This document shows, piece by piece, positions 49,882 to 58,845 of a stretch of DNA of 64,000 bases. The DNA is from Candidatus Nitrospinota bacterium M3_3B_026 (GTDB taxonomy: Bacteria; Nitrospinota_A; UBA7883; JBPRGF01). The stretch spans positions 1-64,000 of the forward strand of contig JBPRGF010000003.1 in the NCBI GenBank assembly GCA_051418015.1. Direction: 5' to 3'. Below the pieces are notes generated by a model, which was given only the letters and a program-made list of their open reading frames with translations, had not been told where the DNA came from and ran no database searches. The position numbers and the translations under genes were made by a program. Each line of letters opens with the position of its first letter. Within the stretch, counting starts at the first letter, position 1.

Positions 49882-50904
49882 TCAACAAATCCTCGGCAAA
49901 AGCTCGCCGGGAAGTTTGCCGATCAGCCGGGAGCCGCCGACGAGCGAGGTCATGAAGACCTTGCCGGACGAGCCCTCCTCCACCTCGCCGATGATCGCGG
50001 CGCGCTCCCCCAGCGGGTGGGAGCGCATCACCTGAAGCGCCCGCTCCGCGTCATGCTCGGGGACGACGAGGGCCATTTTGCCCTCGTTTGCGATATAGAC
50101 AGGGTCGAGCCCCAAAAGCTCGCAGGCGCCGTTCACGCCCGGCGACAGGGGGATCGCCCGCTCGTCGATCCTGATGTTCACCCCCGCCGCCTCGGCTATC
50201 TCCACCAGCACCGTCGCCAGCCCGCCGCGGGTGGCGTCGCGCAGGACGCTCACCTCCACCCCGGCGTCCAAAATATCCGCCACCAGGCCGGCAAGCTGGG
50301 CGGTGTCAGACCTTACCGGCGAGGAAAACTCAAAACCCTCCCGGGCGCTCATCACCGCCACGCCATGGTCGCCGATCGTCCCGTTAACAAGCACCCGGCC
50401 GCCCGGCCGCGCGCTCGCAGCCCGGATATCCTGCCCGTCCCGCGCCGCGCCGACGCCGGAGGTGTTCACGTATATCCCGTCGCCGCGCCCCTTGGGGACG
50501 ACCTTGGTGTCGCCGCAGGTTATTTGAACGCCCGCCGCCCGCGCCGCCCGGCCCATGGAGCGCAGGACGGTTTCGAGCTTCTCGATCGAAAGCCCCTCCT
50601 CCAGGATGAACCCGGCGCTTATCGCGATCGGCCGCCCGCCGCGCATGGCGATGTCGTTTATCGTCCCGTTGACGGCAAGCTCGCCTATGTTCCCGCCGGG
50701 GAAGATGAAGGGATCCACGACGTAGCTGTCGGTGGTGAAAAGGAATTTTCCCGGCGGCGCGTCGATCAGGGCCGCGTCCTCCTGCTCCGGGATTTTTCCA
50801 TCCTCGTATAAGCATGGCAGGACAATCTTCTCCAGAAGCTCGCCCGTCATTGCCCCGCCGGAGCCGTGCCCCAGCAGGATCACACCGTCACGCCCCGACG
50901 GCAT
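49882..50904 (-). CDS. hypE: Hydrogenase maturation protein HypE
   Basis: HGSGG, TTDSY, RDATRGG, C-terminal LPRIC. Confidence 0.97.
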   Translation of the reverse strand: MPSGRDGVILLGHGSGGAMTGELLEKIVLPCLYEDGKIPEQEDAALIDAPPGKFLFTTDSYVVDPFIFPGGNIGELAVNGTINDIAMRGGRPIAISAGFILEEGLSIEKLETVLRSMGRAARAAGVQITCGDTKVVPKGRGDGIYVNTSGVGAARDGQDIRAASARPGGRVLVNGTIGDHGVAVMSAREGFEFSSPVRSDTAQLAGLVADILDAGVEVSVLRDATRGGLATVLVEIAEAAGVNIRIDERAIPLSPGVNGACELLGLDPVYIANEGKMALVVPEHDAERALQVMRSHPLGERAAIIGEVEEGSSGKVFMTSLVGGSRLIGKLPGELLPRIC

Positions 50905-51994
50905 GGCGCCCTCCGTAGCGGTACTCGGCCGCGCATGTCCCCTCGGAGGAGACCATGCACGCGCCGATCGGGTTCTCCGGCGTGCAGGCTTTGCCGAAAA
51001 GCCTGCAGTCGAGCGGGCCTTTCAACCCTTTCAGGATTTCGCCGCAGACGCAGGCGGGGTTCTCCCTCGCCTCGGGAATTTTCAGGGTAAACTTGCGGGC
51101 GGCGTCGTATTCGGCGTATTTCTCCGCGATGGAGAGCCCGCTGCCCGGTATGCTCCCCAGGCCGCGCCAGACGGCGTCCGTCTTCTCGAAAACCTCGGCG
51201 AGGATATTCTGAGCTTTCGTGTTTCCCTCGGGCCGGACGACGCGGTAATACTCGTTCTCCACCTCGGCCCGCCCGTCGGCGGCCTGCCGGACAAGCATCG
51301 TGATCCCCCGCAGGATATCCAGCGGCTCGAAGCCGGTAATAACGCAGGGGACGCGGTACTTTTCGACAAGGCCCCGGTAGCCCGCCTCGCCGATGATCGC
51401 CGAGACGTGGGCCGGGCAGATGTAGCCGTCGATCATAAGCTCCCCCTCCATCAGCGCCGCCATCGGCTCCGGCATCACCTTGTGGGCGGAGAGGACCGAA
51501 AAATTCTTTATCCTCTCCCGCTCGGCCGTCAGGATCGCCGAAGCGATCAGCGGCGCCGTCGTCTCGAACCCGACGCCGAGGAAGACCACCTGGGCCTCGG
51601 GTTTTTTGCGGGCAAGCTCCACCGCGTCCAGGGGGGAGTATACGACCCTGATGTCGCGCCCCCCGGCCCGCTCCCGGGCAAGCGAGGAGGCCGAGCCGGG
51701 GACTTTTATCATGTCGCCGAAGGTTGTTATCACTACCCCCTCGCGGCGGGCAAGCTCGATGGCCGCGTCGACGTAGCCCATAGGCGTCACGCAGACGGGG
51801 CAGCCGGGGCCGGATACGAGTTTTATGTTCTCCGGGACGAGGGTTTTTATGCCGTGCCGGTAGATCGACATCGTGTGCGTGCCGCAGACCTCCATCAGCG
51901 TCACGGGCCGGGGCAGGCGGCCCGCCTCGCGCCGCAAATCGTCCGCCAGCTTCGTCGCCAGGGCGCGGTCGCGGAACTCGTCAACGTATCTCAT
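50888..51994 (-). CDS. hypD: Hydrogenase maturation protein HypD
   Basis: MEVCGTH, GPGCPVC, GFETT, CMVSSEGTC. Confidence 0.98.
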   Translation of the reverse strand: MRYVDEFRDRALATKLADDLRREAGRLPRPVTLMEVCGTHTMSIYRHGIKTLVPENIKLVSGPGCPVCVTPMGYVDAAIELARREGVVITTFGDMIKVPGSASSLARERAGGRDIRVVYSPLDAVELARKKPEAQVVFLGVGFETTAPLIASAILTAERERIKNFSVLSAHKVMPEPMAALMEGELMIDGYICPAHVSAIIGEAGYRGLVEKYRVPCVITGFEPLDILRGITMLVRQAADGRAEVENEYYRVVRPEGNTKAQNILAEVFEKTDAVWRGLGSIPGSGLSIAEKYAEYDAARKFTLKIPEARENPACVCGEILKGLKGPLDCRLFGKACTPENPIGACMVSSEGTCAAEYRYGGRHAVGA

Positions 51995-52220
51995 CAGCGC
52001 CCCGCTCGTTGTCTAAAATTTCCCTCATCAGCCGTAAAGTTTCCTCGGCGGCGGCGGGGTCTATCTTCTCTATGGCGAAGCCCGCGTGGATCATCACGTA
52101 GTCGCCCACCTTCACGTCGTCGAGGGTCATGCGGGACGCCTGTTTTCTCACCCCGTCGATCTCCGCGACGAGGGAGAACTCCGACACCTCGATGACCTTC
52201 ATTGGAACCGCCACGCACAT
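51981..52220 (-). CDS. hypC: Hydrogenase chaperone HypC
   Basis: MCVAVP, VGDYVMIHAGFAI. Confidence 0.96.
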   Translation of the reverse strand: MCVAVPMKVIEVSEFSLVAEIDGVRKQASRMTLDDVKVGDYVMIHAGFAIEKIDPAAAEETLRLMREILDNERGADEIR

Positions 52221-52313
52221 TTTTTAAACCTTTAAAAACCTGCCCCGTGATCGCCGCATAGATATAGAGTCCAAAAACCTCATCAGCTTTACCAGTATCA
52301 TGCCGCTGAAAAT

Positions 52314-52382
52314 TGTCATTCTGAGCGCAAGCGAAGAACCCCATCCAAGGGCGGGATGCTTCGCCTCCGGCTCAGCATGACA
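52314..52382. repeat. REP-like hairpin, subfamily A
   Basis: TGTCATTCTGAGCGCAAGCGAAG...CTTCGCCTCCGGCTCAGCATGACA. Confidence 0.78.
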
Positions 52383-52427
52383 TTGCAAAGAGACATGGTC
52401 TGACAAAACATCAACCCGTCAAGAATC

Positions 52428-54719
52428 CTATTCCAACGACCTTGCCGCCACGACGGCCTGGCCGAGCGATATCCCCCCGTCGTTCGGCGGGACGCGGCTG
52501 TGGCGAAAAACTCTGAACCCGTCCGCCTCCAGCATCGCCCCGAGTCTATCGGAAAGGTACGCGTTCTGGAAGACGCCGCCGGATAAAAAGACCCGGTCGA
52601 GCCCTGTTTTCTCCTTTATCCGCGAAACCATCGCCCGCGACGCCCCGGCCACGGTGTTGTGGAACTTCGCGGCGATCACGCCCGTATCCCGTCCGCCAAG
52701 GATGTCGTCCACCATCCCCGTGAATGCTGGCGAAAAGTCGAGAATCGCGGGATTGGAGTCATCGTTGATCGAGCAGCCATAAAAATCCTCAACCCCCTCC
52801 GCCGCCGCCATCTCAAGCTCCATAGCCGCCTGGCCCTCGAAAGAGGCCACGCCCCGCGGACCCAGCAGCGCCGACGCCGCGTCGAAAAGCCGCCCCATCC
52901 CGTGGGACAACGGGGTGTTGATCCCGCGCTCTACCATCTTCCTTATAAGCTCAAGGTTCTCCTTGGGGGTTTTTTCAAGCCACGGCGCGGGCAGCTTCGG
53001 GAGATCGGCGCCGTAAAGCTCGAACAGGACGGCAAGGGCGATCCTGTACGGCTCCTTTATCGCCTTGTCGCCGCCGGGCAGGGGGACGGGTTTTATCGTC
53101 GCCGCGCGTTCGAAACTCTCGATCCCGCCGGCTAAAAACTCCCCGCCCCATATCTGTCCGCCGTGGCCGTAGCCGGTGCCGTCGAAGATGACGCCGATGG
53201 CCTCGCCGTCCTGCTGGGTCTCGGCCATGAGGGAGGCGAAGTGGGCGTGGTGGTGCTGTACGACGACGCGCCCCTCCCCAGCCCGCTCCTCGGCGTAGCC
53301 CGAGCTCCAGTAGAGCGGATGGGCGTCGCAGGCGATGGCGGCGGGCTCGGCCACGTCCATGAGCTTTAAAAAACTTTCTATCCCCGCCTTGAAGGAGTTA
53401 TAGACCGATTCGTATTTCAGGTCCCCCATATGCTGGCTTAAAAAAGCGCGGTCGCCCTTTATCAGGCAGAAAGTGTTCTTCAGCTCCCCCCCGGCGGCAA
53501 GGACGGGCGGATACTCCCTGTCGAGCTGGACGGGGACGGGGGCATAGCCGCGCGACCTTCGCAGGATGACGGGGCCGTGGCTCATCACGCGCTCGATGGA
53601 GTCGTCGGCCCGGGCATGGATCGGCCTGTCGTGGACGAGGAAAGCGTCGGCTATCCCGGCGAGGCGCTCCTCGGCGTCGTCTTCCGTGTGGACGATCGGG
53701 TCGTCGCTTACGTTGGCGCTTGTCATGACCAGCGCGGCGAAGCCCCCCTCCTTCAGTAGCAGGTGATGAAGGGGCGAGTAGGGCAGCATCGCCCCCAGAA
53801 AGCTGTTCGAAGGGGCGATGCCCGGCAGAACGTCCGGGTTCTTTTTGCGAACCAGCGTGATGGGATGGGGTCTGCTTTCAAGCAGCGACGCCTCGACGGC
53901 GCCCACGTCCGCGAACTTTCCGAGGGTTTCAAGGTCCGGCGCCATGATCGCGAAAGGTTTCTCGTCGCGTCTCTTTCGCTCGCGCAGCCGGGCGACGGCC
54001 GCCTCGTCCTCGGCGTTCACGGCCAGGTGGTAGCCGCCGATCCCCTTTATGGCGGCGATCTTTCCGGCCTTGAGCAGGGCGATGGTCTCCGTCAGCGGAT
54101 CGTTCGCCGCCGCCAGCCTGAAAGCCTCGTCCCTCAAAAAGAGGCGCGGGCCGCAGACCGGGCAGGCGACGGGCTGGGCGTGGAACCTGCGGTCGGCGGG
54201 GTTCTCATACTCCGCCCTGCACTTGCCGCACATCTCGAACCGGCGCATGGTCGTGTTCGGCCGGTCGTAGGGGATGGCGGTTATGATAGTGAAGCGCGGG
54301 CCGCAGTTCGTACAGTTGATGAAAGGATAGCGGTACCGCCTGTCCGCCGGGTCGAAAAGCTCCCGCAGGCAGTCGCCGCATACGTCCGAGTCCGGCGCGA
54401 CGAGGGCCGTTTTCACCCCTTCGTCCTCGCTTTCCCTGATGGAAAACCCGCTCGTTCCCAGGATCGGCGCATCCCTGGAGTTGACCTTCGTGATGTGCGA
54501 AAGCGGCGGGGCCAGCGCCGCCAGGCCGCGCTCGAACTCTTTGACGTCGTCCTCGTCCCCCTCCACCTCGATTATCACGCCGCGGCTGTTGTTTATGACG
54601 TAGCCGGAGAGGCTCAGCCGCTCGGCGAGGGAGTGGACGAAGGGCCGGAAGCCGACCCCCTGGACGATACCCTCCACGGTGATCCTCCTGCGGACGGGGT
54701 CAGGGTCACAGCAGCTCAT
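52428..54719 (-). CDS. hypF: Carbamoyltransferase HypF
   Basis: VQGVGFRP, Zn fingers, QHHHAH, DGTGYG, NDGGISLGQ. Confidence 0.98.
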   Translation of the reverse strand: MSCCDPDPVRRRITVEGIVQGVGFRPFVHSLAERLSLSGYVINNSRGVIIEVEGDEDDVKEFERGLAALAPPLSHITKVNSRDAPILGTSGFSIRESEDEGVKTALVAPDSDVCGDCLRELFDPADRRYRYPFINCTNCGPRFTIITAIPYDRPNTTMRRFEMCGKCRAEYENPADRRFHAQPVACPVCGPRLFLRDEAFRLAAANDPLTETIALLKAGKIAAIKGIGGYHLAVNAEDEAAVARLRERKRRDEKPFAIMAPDLETLGKFADVGAVEASLLESRPHPITLVRKKNPDVLPGIAPSNSFLGAMLPYSPLHHLLLKEGGFAALVMTSANVSDDPIVHTEDDAEERLAGIADAFLVHDRPIHARADDSIERVMSHGPVILRRSRGYAPVPVQLDREYPPVLAAGGELKNTFCLIKGDRAFLSQHMGDLKYESVYNSFKAGIESFLKLMDVAEPAAIACDAHPLYWSSGYAEERAGEGRVVVQHHHAHFASLMAETQQDGEAIGVIFDGTGYGHGGQIWGGEFLAGGIESFERAATIKPVPLPGGDKAIKEPYRIALAVLFELYGADLPKLPAPWLEKTPKENLELIRKMVERGINTPLSHGMGRLFDAASALLGPRGVASFEGQAAMELEMAAAEGVEDFYGCSINDDSNPAILDFSPAFTGMVDDILGGRDTGVIAAKFHNTVAGASRAMVSRIKEKTGLDRVFLSGGVFQNAYLSDRLGAMLEADGFRVFRHSRVPPNDGGISLGQAVVAARSLE

Positions 54720-55369
54720 TTGACGAGGGAGAGAAGGTAGTCATGCCAGCCCTGAAGGCCCTCGCCGGTCCTGGCGGAGACGTGAAAAATCTTTATGTCC
54801 GGGTTCATCTTGCGCGCGAAGGCCGCGGCGCGGGCCGGGTCGAAATCGACATGGGGCAAAAGGTCGATCTTGTTGATGACCATCGCCTTCGATATCCTGA
54901 AAATCTTTGGATATTTTTCGGGTTTGTCGTCCCCTTCCGTGACGGATATCACGACAATTTTCGCCGCCTCGCCGAGGTCGTAGGAGGCGGGGCAGACAAG
55001 GTTTCCCACGTTTTCGATGAAGACGATCCCGCCGCCCGGGCTCAGCCCCGAAAGCGCCCCGTCCACCATCGCAGCGTCGAGATGGCAGGCCGACACCGTG
55101 TTCACCTGGACGACCGGGGCCCCCGTGGCGGCGATTCTTCTGGCGTCGTTGTCGGTCTCCTGGTCGCCTTCTATCACCGCCATTGGGACCGAGCCGCGAA
55201 GGGCTGTGAGGGTCTTTTCAAGCAGTGTCGTCTTGCCCGCCCCCGGCGAGCTTACAAAGTTCAGCGCCACGGCCCCGGCGGCGGCGAGCCTGTCTCTGTT
55301 CGCGCGGGCGATATCGTCGTTTTTCGCCAGGACGTCTTTTTTTATTCTCAGAATTTTTAAGTCGCTCAT
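54716..55369 (-). CDS. hypB: Hydrogenase nickel-incorporation GTPase HypB
   Basis: SSPGAGKT, CHLDA, ENVGNLVCP, NKIDL. Confidence 0.96.
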   Translation of the reverse strand: MSDLKILRIKKDVLAKNDDIARANRDRLAAAGAVALNFVSSPGAGKTTLLEKTLTALRGSVPMAVIEGDQETDNDARRIAATGAPVVQVNTVSACHLDAAMVDGALSGLSPGGGIVFIENVGNLVCPASYDLGEAAKIVVISVTEGDDKPEKYPKIFRISKAMVINKIDLLPHVDFDPARAAAFARKMNPDIKIFHVSARTGEGLQGWHDYLLSLVK

Positions 55370-55448
55370 TCCCCCACCACCTCGCGAACCAGGGGGTCCT
55401 CGCCCGCCGTGAGGGCCGCGAAGCAGAAGCACAGAAATTTCACGCCGC

Positions 55449-55787
55449 TCATTCCACCTCCATCTCGCGTATCATAAGCTCCTCGCCCGCCTTGAGGCTG
55501 GCGAACCCGGAGCATGACGGGCATGTGAAAAACCTGCTGGCCGGCTTAAAATCGATGCCGCAGGCCGGGCAGTGGGCCAGGGGTTTTACTTTGTTGATGA
55601 CAAGCTCCGCGCCCCCGGCCATGCCGCCGTCCGCCGCCGCCTCGAAGCAGAACGCCAGCGCCTCGGCCACGACGCCCGAAAAATCCCCCACCTCCACGGT
55701 GACGCTTTTTATCCGCTCCGCGCCGGCCTTTTCAGCCTCCACCACGGCCGCCTCCACGAGGCTCGCGGCCACCGACATCTCATGCAA
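55449..55787 (-). CDS. hypA: Hydrogenase nickel chaperone HypA (TTG start)
   Basis: MHEMS N-terminus, CPAC and CPSC. Confidence 0.93.
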   Translation of the reverse strand: MHEMSVAASLVEAAVVEAEKAGAERIKSVTVEVGDFSGVVAEALAFCFEAAADGGMAGGAELVINKVKPLAHCPACGIDFKPASRFFTCPSCSGFASLKAGEELMIREMEVE

Positions 55788-56329
55788 ACCACCCCTCCGC
55801 GCAAAAACAACTCTCACGTGATTATATACCCCCTCACCCCATCCGCGGCCAGACTCATGCGGGGCCATTCATCCGCGCCATGGGGATATTTCAGGCTGGG
55901 TGGGGGCTTTTCACGGCCATCCCTCGGCAGACCTGGGGGGGGTTGTATGAATTCGTATACAAACGGGAGTTTGACGTATCCTTCCCCCAAAACGCGCGCC
56001 GAGCCTCCGCCGCGCTTTGAACGCCCCGGCGAAAAGCCGCCCAAGGGCCGGACCGGCCTTCGCCAGAGGAAGTTATCCATATGTATTTGCGCTAGTTATG
56101 ACCGGCCACGCCACGGCCGGCAGCGGAGCGCCCTCCGGAAAAAGATGTAACGAATAATGACATACGCCCTGCTTGATCCCTCGACACCGGAAAACGTTGT
56201 CAAAAACCGTCGTCCGCGGTGGCGCCGTGAGCGGCCACTTTTTCCCGTGTCAAACCCATGACGCGCCGCCCCGGAAATAACCGATTGTATTTATTGCATA
56301 TATACCAAGGCCAAGGCTCCGGGAAGCTT

Positions 56330-56344
56330 TGGCGCCAGTGTTGC
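56330..56344 (+). promoter_or_regulatory. Sigma-54 -24/-12 promoter
   Basis: TGGC-N7-TTGC, with AT-rich stretch upstream. Confidence 0.55.
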
Positions 56345-56368
56345 AACACTACCAGTGCAGGAGGAAGA

Positions 56369-56587
56369 ATGACTCGACGGAAACTCTCGAAAAAAACGCT
56401 GGCCGCGACGCCGCTTGAGATCGTGGACATCTTTTACGACGAGGCCCGCAGGATAGCAAGCGACGACAAGGAAGCCGTGGAGCTGACCAACCAGGCCGTG
56501 CGCGACTTTTTGTCCCATTACCGGCTCGTTAAGGACAGGTCGAAGGACCGGGACGAGCTTTCCGACACGCGGCTCGCCGTCGGCTGA
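56369..56587 (+). CDS. Small hypothetical protein
   Basis: GGAGG RBS, 72 aa helical. Confidence 0.6.
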   Translation: MTRRKLSKKTLAATPLEIVDIFYDEARRIASDDKEAVELTNQAVRDFLSHYRLVKDRSKDRDELSDTRLAVG

Positions 56588-56603
56588 AGGGCGCGCCGCT
56601 TTT

Positions 56604-57128
56604 CTATCCCTCCTGAACAGCTCTCAAGACCTCGCGGCCGAAATCCCTCGCGGCTGAAGGCCCCTGCCCGGTGATGATCTTTCCCGAGCGGACGACTGGT
56701 TTATCCTGAAAATTCACGCCGCATTCCGAGTAGACCGCCATGGATTCCGGGGATTTCCAGACCGTCGCCGGGACGCCTTTCAGGAGGCCCGCCCTGGCCA
56801 GGACGGCGCCGGACAGGCATATGGCGGCCACGATTTTACCCGCCTCGAAGTGGCGCCGGGCGATCTCGTGGACCGTTTTGTTGTCCCACAGATGGGCCGG
56901 GGAGCCCGCCCCGCCGACGATCACCACCGCGTCGTAGACTCCACCCGCCACATCGCCGAGGTCGTGGGTCACGTTCTCCCTGTGGCCCAGCATCCCGGCC
57001 GCCTCGCCCTTTTTAGTGGAGGCGACGGTCACCTCCAGCCCGGCGGCGGTGAAGATCTCGCGGGGGTGGTTCAGCTCCTCGTCGCGGAATTTTTCCGGGG
57101 CGATTATCATCAGAACTTTTTCGGTCAT
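56604..57128 (-). CDS. DJ-1/PfpI family protein
   Basis: FRDEE, YDAVVIVGG, AAIC, IITG.GP. Confidence 0.93.
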   Translation of the reverse strand: MTEKVLMIIAPEKFRDEELNHPREIFTAAGLEVTVASTKKGEAAGMLGHRENVTHDLGDVAGGVYDAVVIVGGAGSPAHLWDNKTVHEIARRHFEAGKIVAAICLSGAVLARAGLLKGVPATVWKSPESMAVYSECGVNFQDKPVVRSGKIITGQGPSAARDFGREVLRAVQEG

Positions 57129-57179
57129 GGCGCGTCTCCTTCCCGGCCGGAGGTTTTGAGAGTGCTTTTGTCTTTCAAT

Positions 57180-57351
57180 GAGACCTTCGCATAAATAACA
57201 GCTTTCATGAAATTTGCGACCCTGAGCCTCCAGGCGAAGGACCTTGCCTTTTTTATCGCAATAAAATCAAGATCCTTCACGTCGCGGCGAAGACGCCGCC
57301 TGTTCAGGACGACAATACCTGGCGCGCTGGCCTGGTTTACGCGAAAGTCTC
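57180..57351. mobile_element. MITE-like element with 16-bp TIRs around a degenerate REP-like hairpin
   Basis: GAGACCTTCGCATAAA / TTTACGCGAAAGTCTC (14/16 match); internal CCTGAGC...GCGAAGGA...TCCTTCAC...CAGGACGACA. Confidence 0.55.
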
Positions 57352-57515
57352 GCTTTTAATATAACGCCGTTTTCGGGGTGATATCCCGCGCATCTTTCGC
57401 GGGCGGCGCCTCTTTTTTCACGGCGACGCCAAATGACCAGCCGGAAAAAGGGGGGCGATGGTATAATGAGGTGTTAACCAGAGAATTATTCAACCTGAGC
57501 GAGGCATAGCGGACA

Positions 57516-57863
57516 ATGCATTTCAGCCTGAAAGACATTTTCATCGTCAGCGTCCTGGGGCTTGGCGGGGCATTGCTTGTGAACCACTACGCCGGGCTCG
57601 ACATAGGCTTCCTGAACAGGATAGAGGGCGCCATCGTCTCTTCCGGGCAGGGAAGCGGCCTCAGGGCAAGCTCCGGGTTCGTCTCCACCTCCGGCGACGA
57701 GGAGTCGGACTGCTACGACAAATCCAAAGTCTCCGGCGACGCCCGGTTCTCCTTGCGCCAAAGGATAAAGGAGGCGAAGGAGGCGGGGAACTGGGAGCTT
57801 CAGCGCGAGCTCGAAGGCAGGCTGGAGAGCCTGACGGAGAGGGAGCGCGGCGGATGCCTCTGA
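57516..57863 (+). CDS. Hypothetical protein with N-terminal TM helix
   Basis: Hydrophobic N-terminus, charged helical C-terminus. Confidence 0.55.
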   Translation: MHFSLKDIFIVSVLGLGGALLVNHYAGLDIGFLNRIEGAIVSSGQGSGLRASSGFVSTSGDEESDCYDKSKVSGDARFSLRQRIKEAKEAGNWELQRELEGRLESLTERERGGCL

Positions 57864-57974
57864 GGCTGGCCGGGGTTTGACCTTTCCGTCCCGGCCAGTT
57901 ACATTCAAAGGCATGGACCCGACACTTCAAGCCAGCCCCCCTTCTTGCCGCGCCCGGCGCGCTCTGGACAGCCG

Positions 57975-58448
57975 ATGTTATTGAGACTCTTCTTTTTGTT
58001 CACCGCCGTTCCGCTGGCCGAGCTTGCTCTGCTGATAAAGCTGGGGACATACATAGGGACCGGCGAGACCATCCTCCTCGTGCTGGTGACCGGCGCCCTG
58101 GGGGCGTGGCTTGCCAGGGAGCAGGGGATGCGCGTGATCGGGGAGTTCAACGACGCCGCCCGCAGGGGCGAAACTCCCGCCGACCAGCTGATTGACGGTT
58201 TCCTGGTGACCATTGGCGGGGCGCTGCTGATAACCCCCGGCGTCATGACCGACTTTGTGGGCCTGGCCCTGGTGGCGCCCTGGAGCCGCCGCGCCGTCCG
58301 CGAATATCTCAAAAAACGCCTGAACGCCCAGGTGAACGTCGTATCCTTTCGATCCGGCCCCGCGGGGTTTTATTACACCCACCGGAGCGGACAGGGGGAT
58401 CGGCCTCCCGCCGGGCGGGACGATGATGACGACATAATAGATGTCTGA
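57975..58448 (+). CDS. fxsA: FxsA-family membrane protein
   Basis: P..EL.LLI..G..IG, GG.LLI.PG..TD..G. Confidence 0.9.
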   Translation: MLLRLFFLFTAVPLAELALLIKLGTYIGTGETILLVLVTGALGAWLAREQGMRVIGEFNDAARRGETPADQLIDGFLVTIGGALLITPGVMTDFVGLALVAPWSRRAVREYLKKRLNAQVNVVSFRSGPAGFYYTHRSGQGDRPPAGRDDDDDIIDV

Positions 58449-58845
58449 GCGAAAACAGGGGCGCCGGGGGATAGTTCTTTTCGCCCACGGCAGCCGGGAG
58501 CCGAGCTGGAAGGGGCCTTTCACGAGGCTTGAAAAAATCCTCTCCGGCGCCATGGACGGGGCCGTGGCGCGATCGGCCTTCCTGAAAGACCTGGAGCCGG
58601 GGCTTTTCGAGGTTGTCGCGGAGATGGCGGAAGGGGGGATCTCGAAAATCACGGTGGTTCCCGTTTTTCTTGCCGTGGGGGCGCATTCGGCCCGGGATTT
58701 CCCGGAGATGGAACGGCGGCTCAAGGAGCGCCACCCGGAGATCGAGTTCGAGTGGACACAGGTGATGGGCCAGTGGGACGAGACGATGCGCGCCCTGGCG
58801 GACGTGATCGCGGAAAAACTCAGGGGGCGCCCGCCGGGCGGCTAG
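58441..58845 (+). CDS. CbiX/SirB-type short chelatase
   Basis: LFAHGSR, AFL...EP, VPVFL..GAH...D. Confidence 0.85.
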   Translation: MSERKQGRRGIVLFAHGSREPSWKGPFTRLEKILSGAMDGAVARSAFLKDLEPGLFEVVAEMAEGGISKITVVPVFLAVGAHSARDFPEMERRLKERHPEIEFEWTQVMGQWDETMRALADVIAEKLRGRPPGG

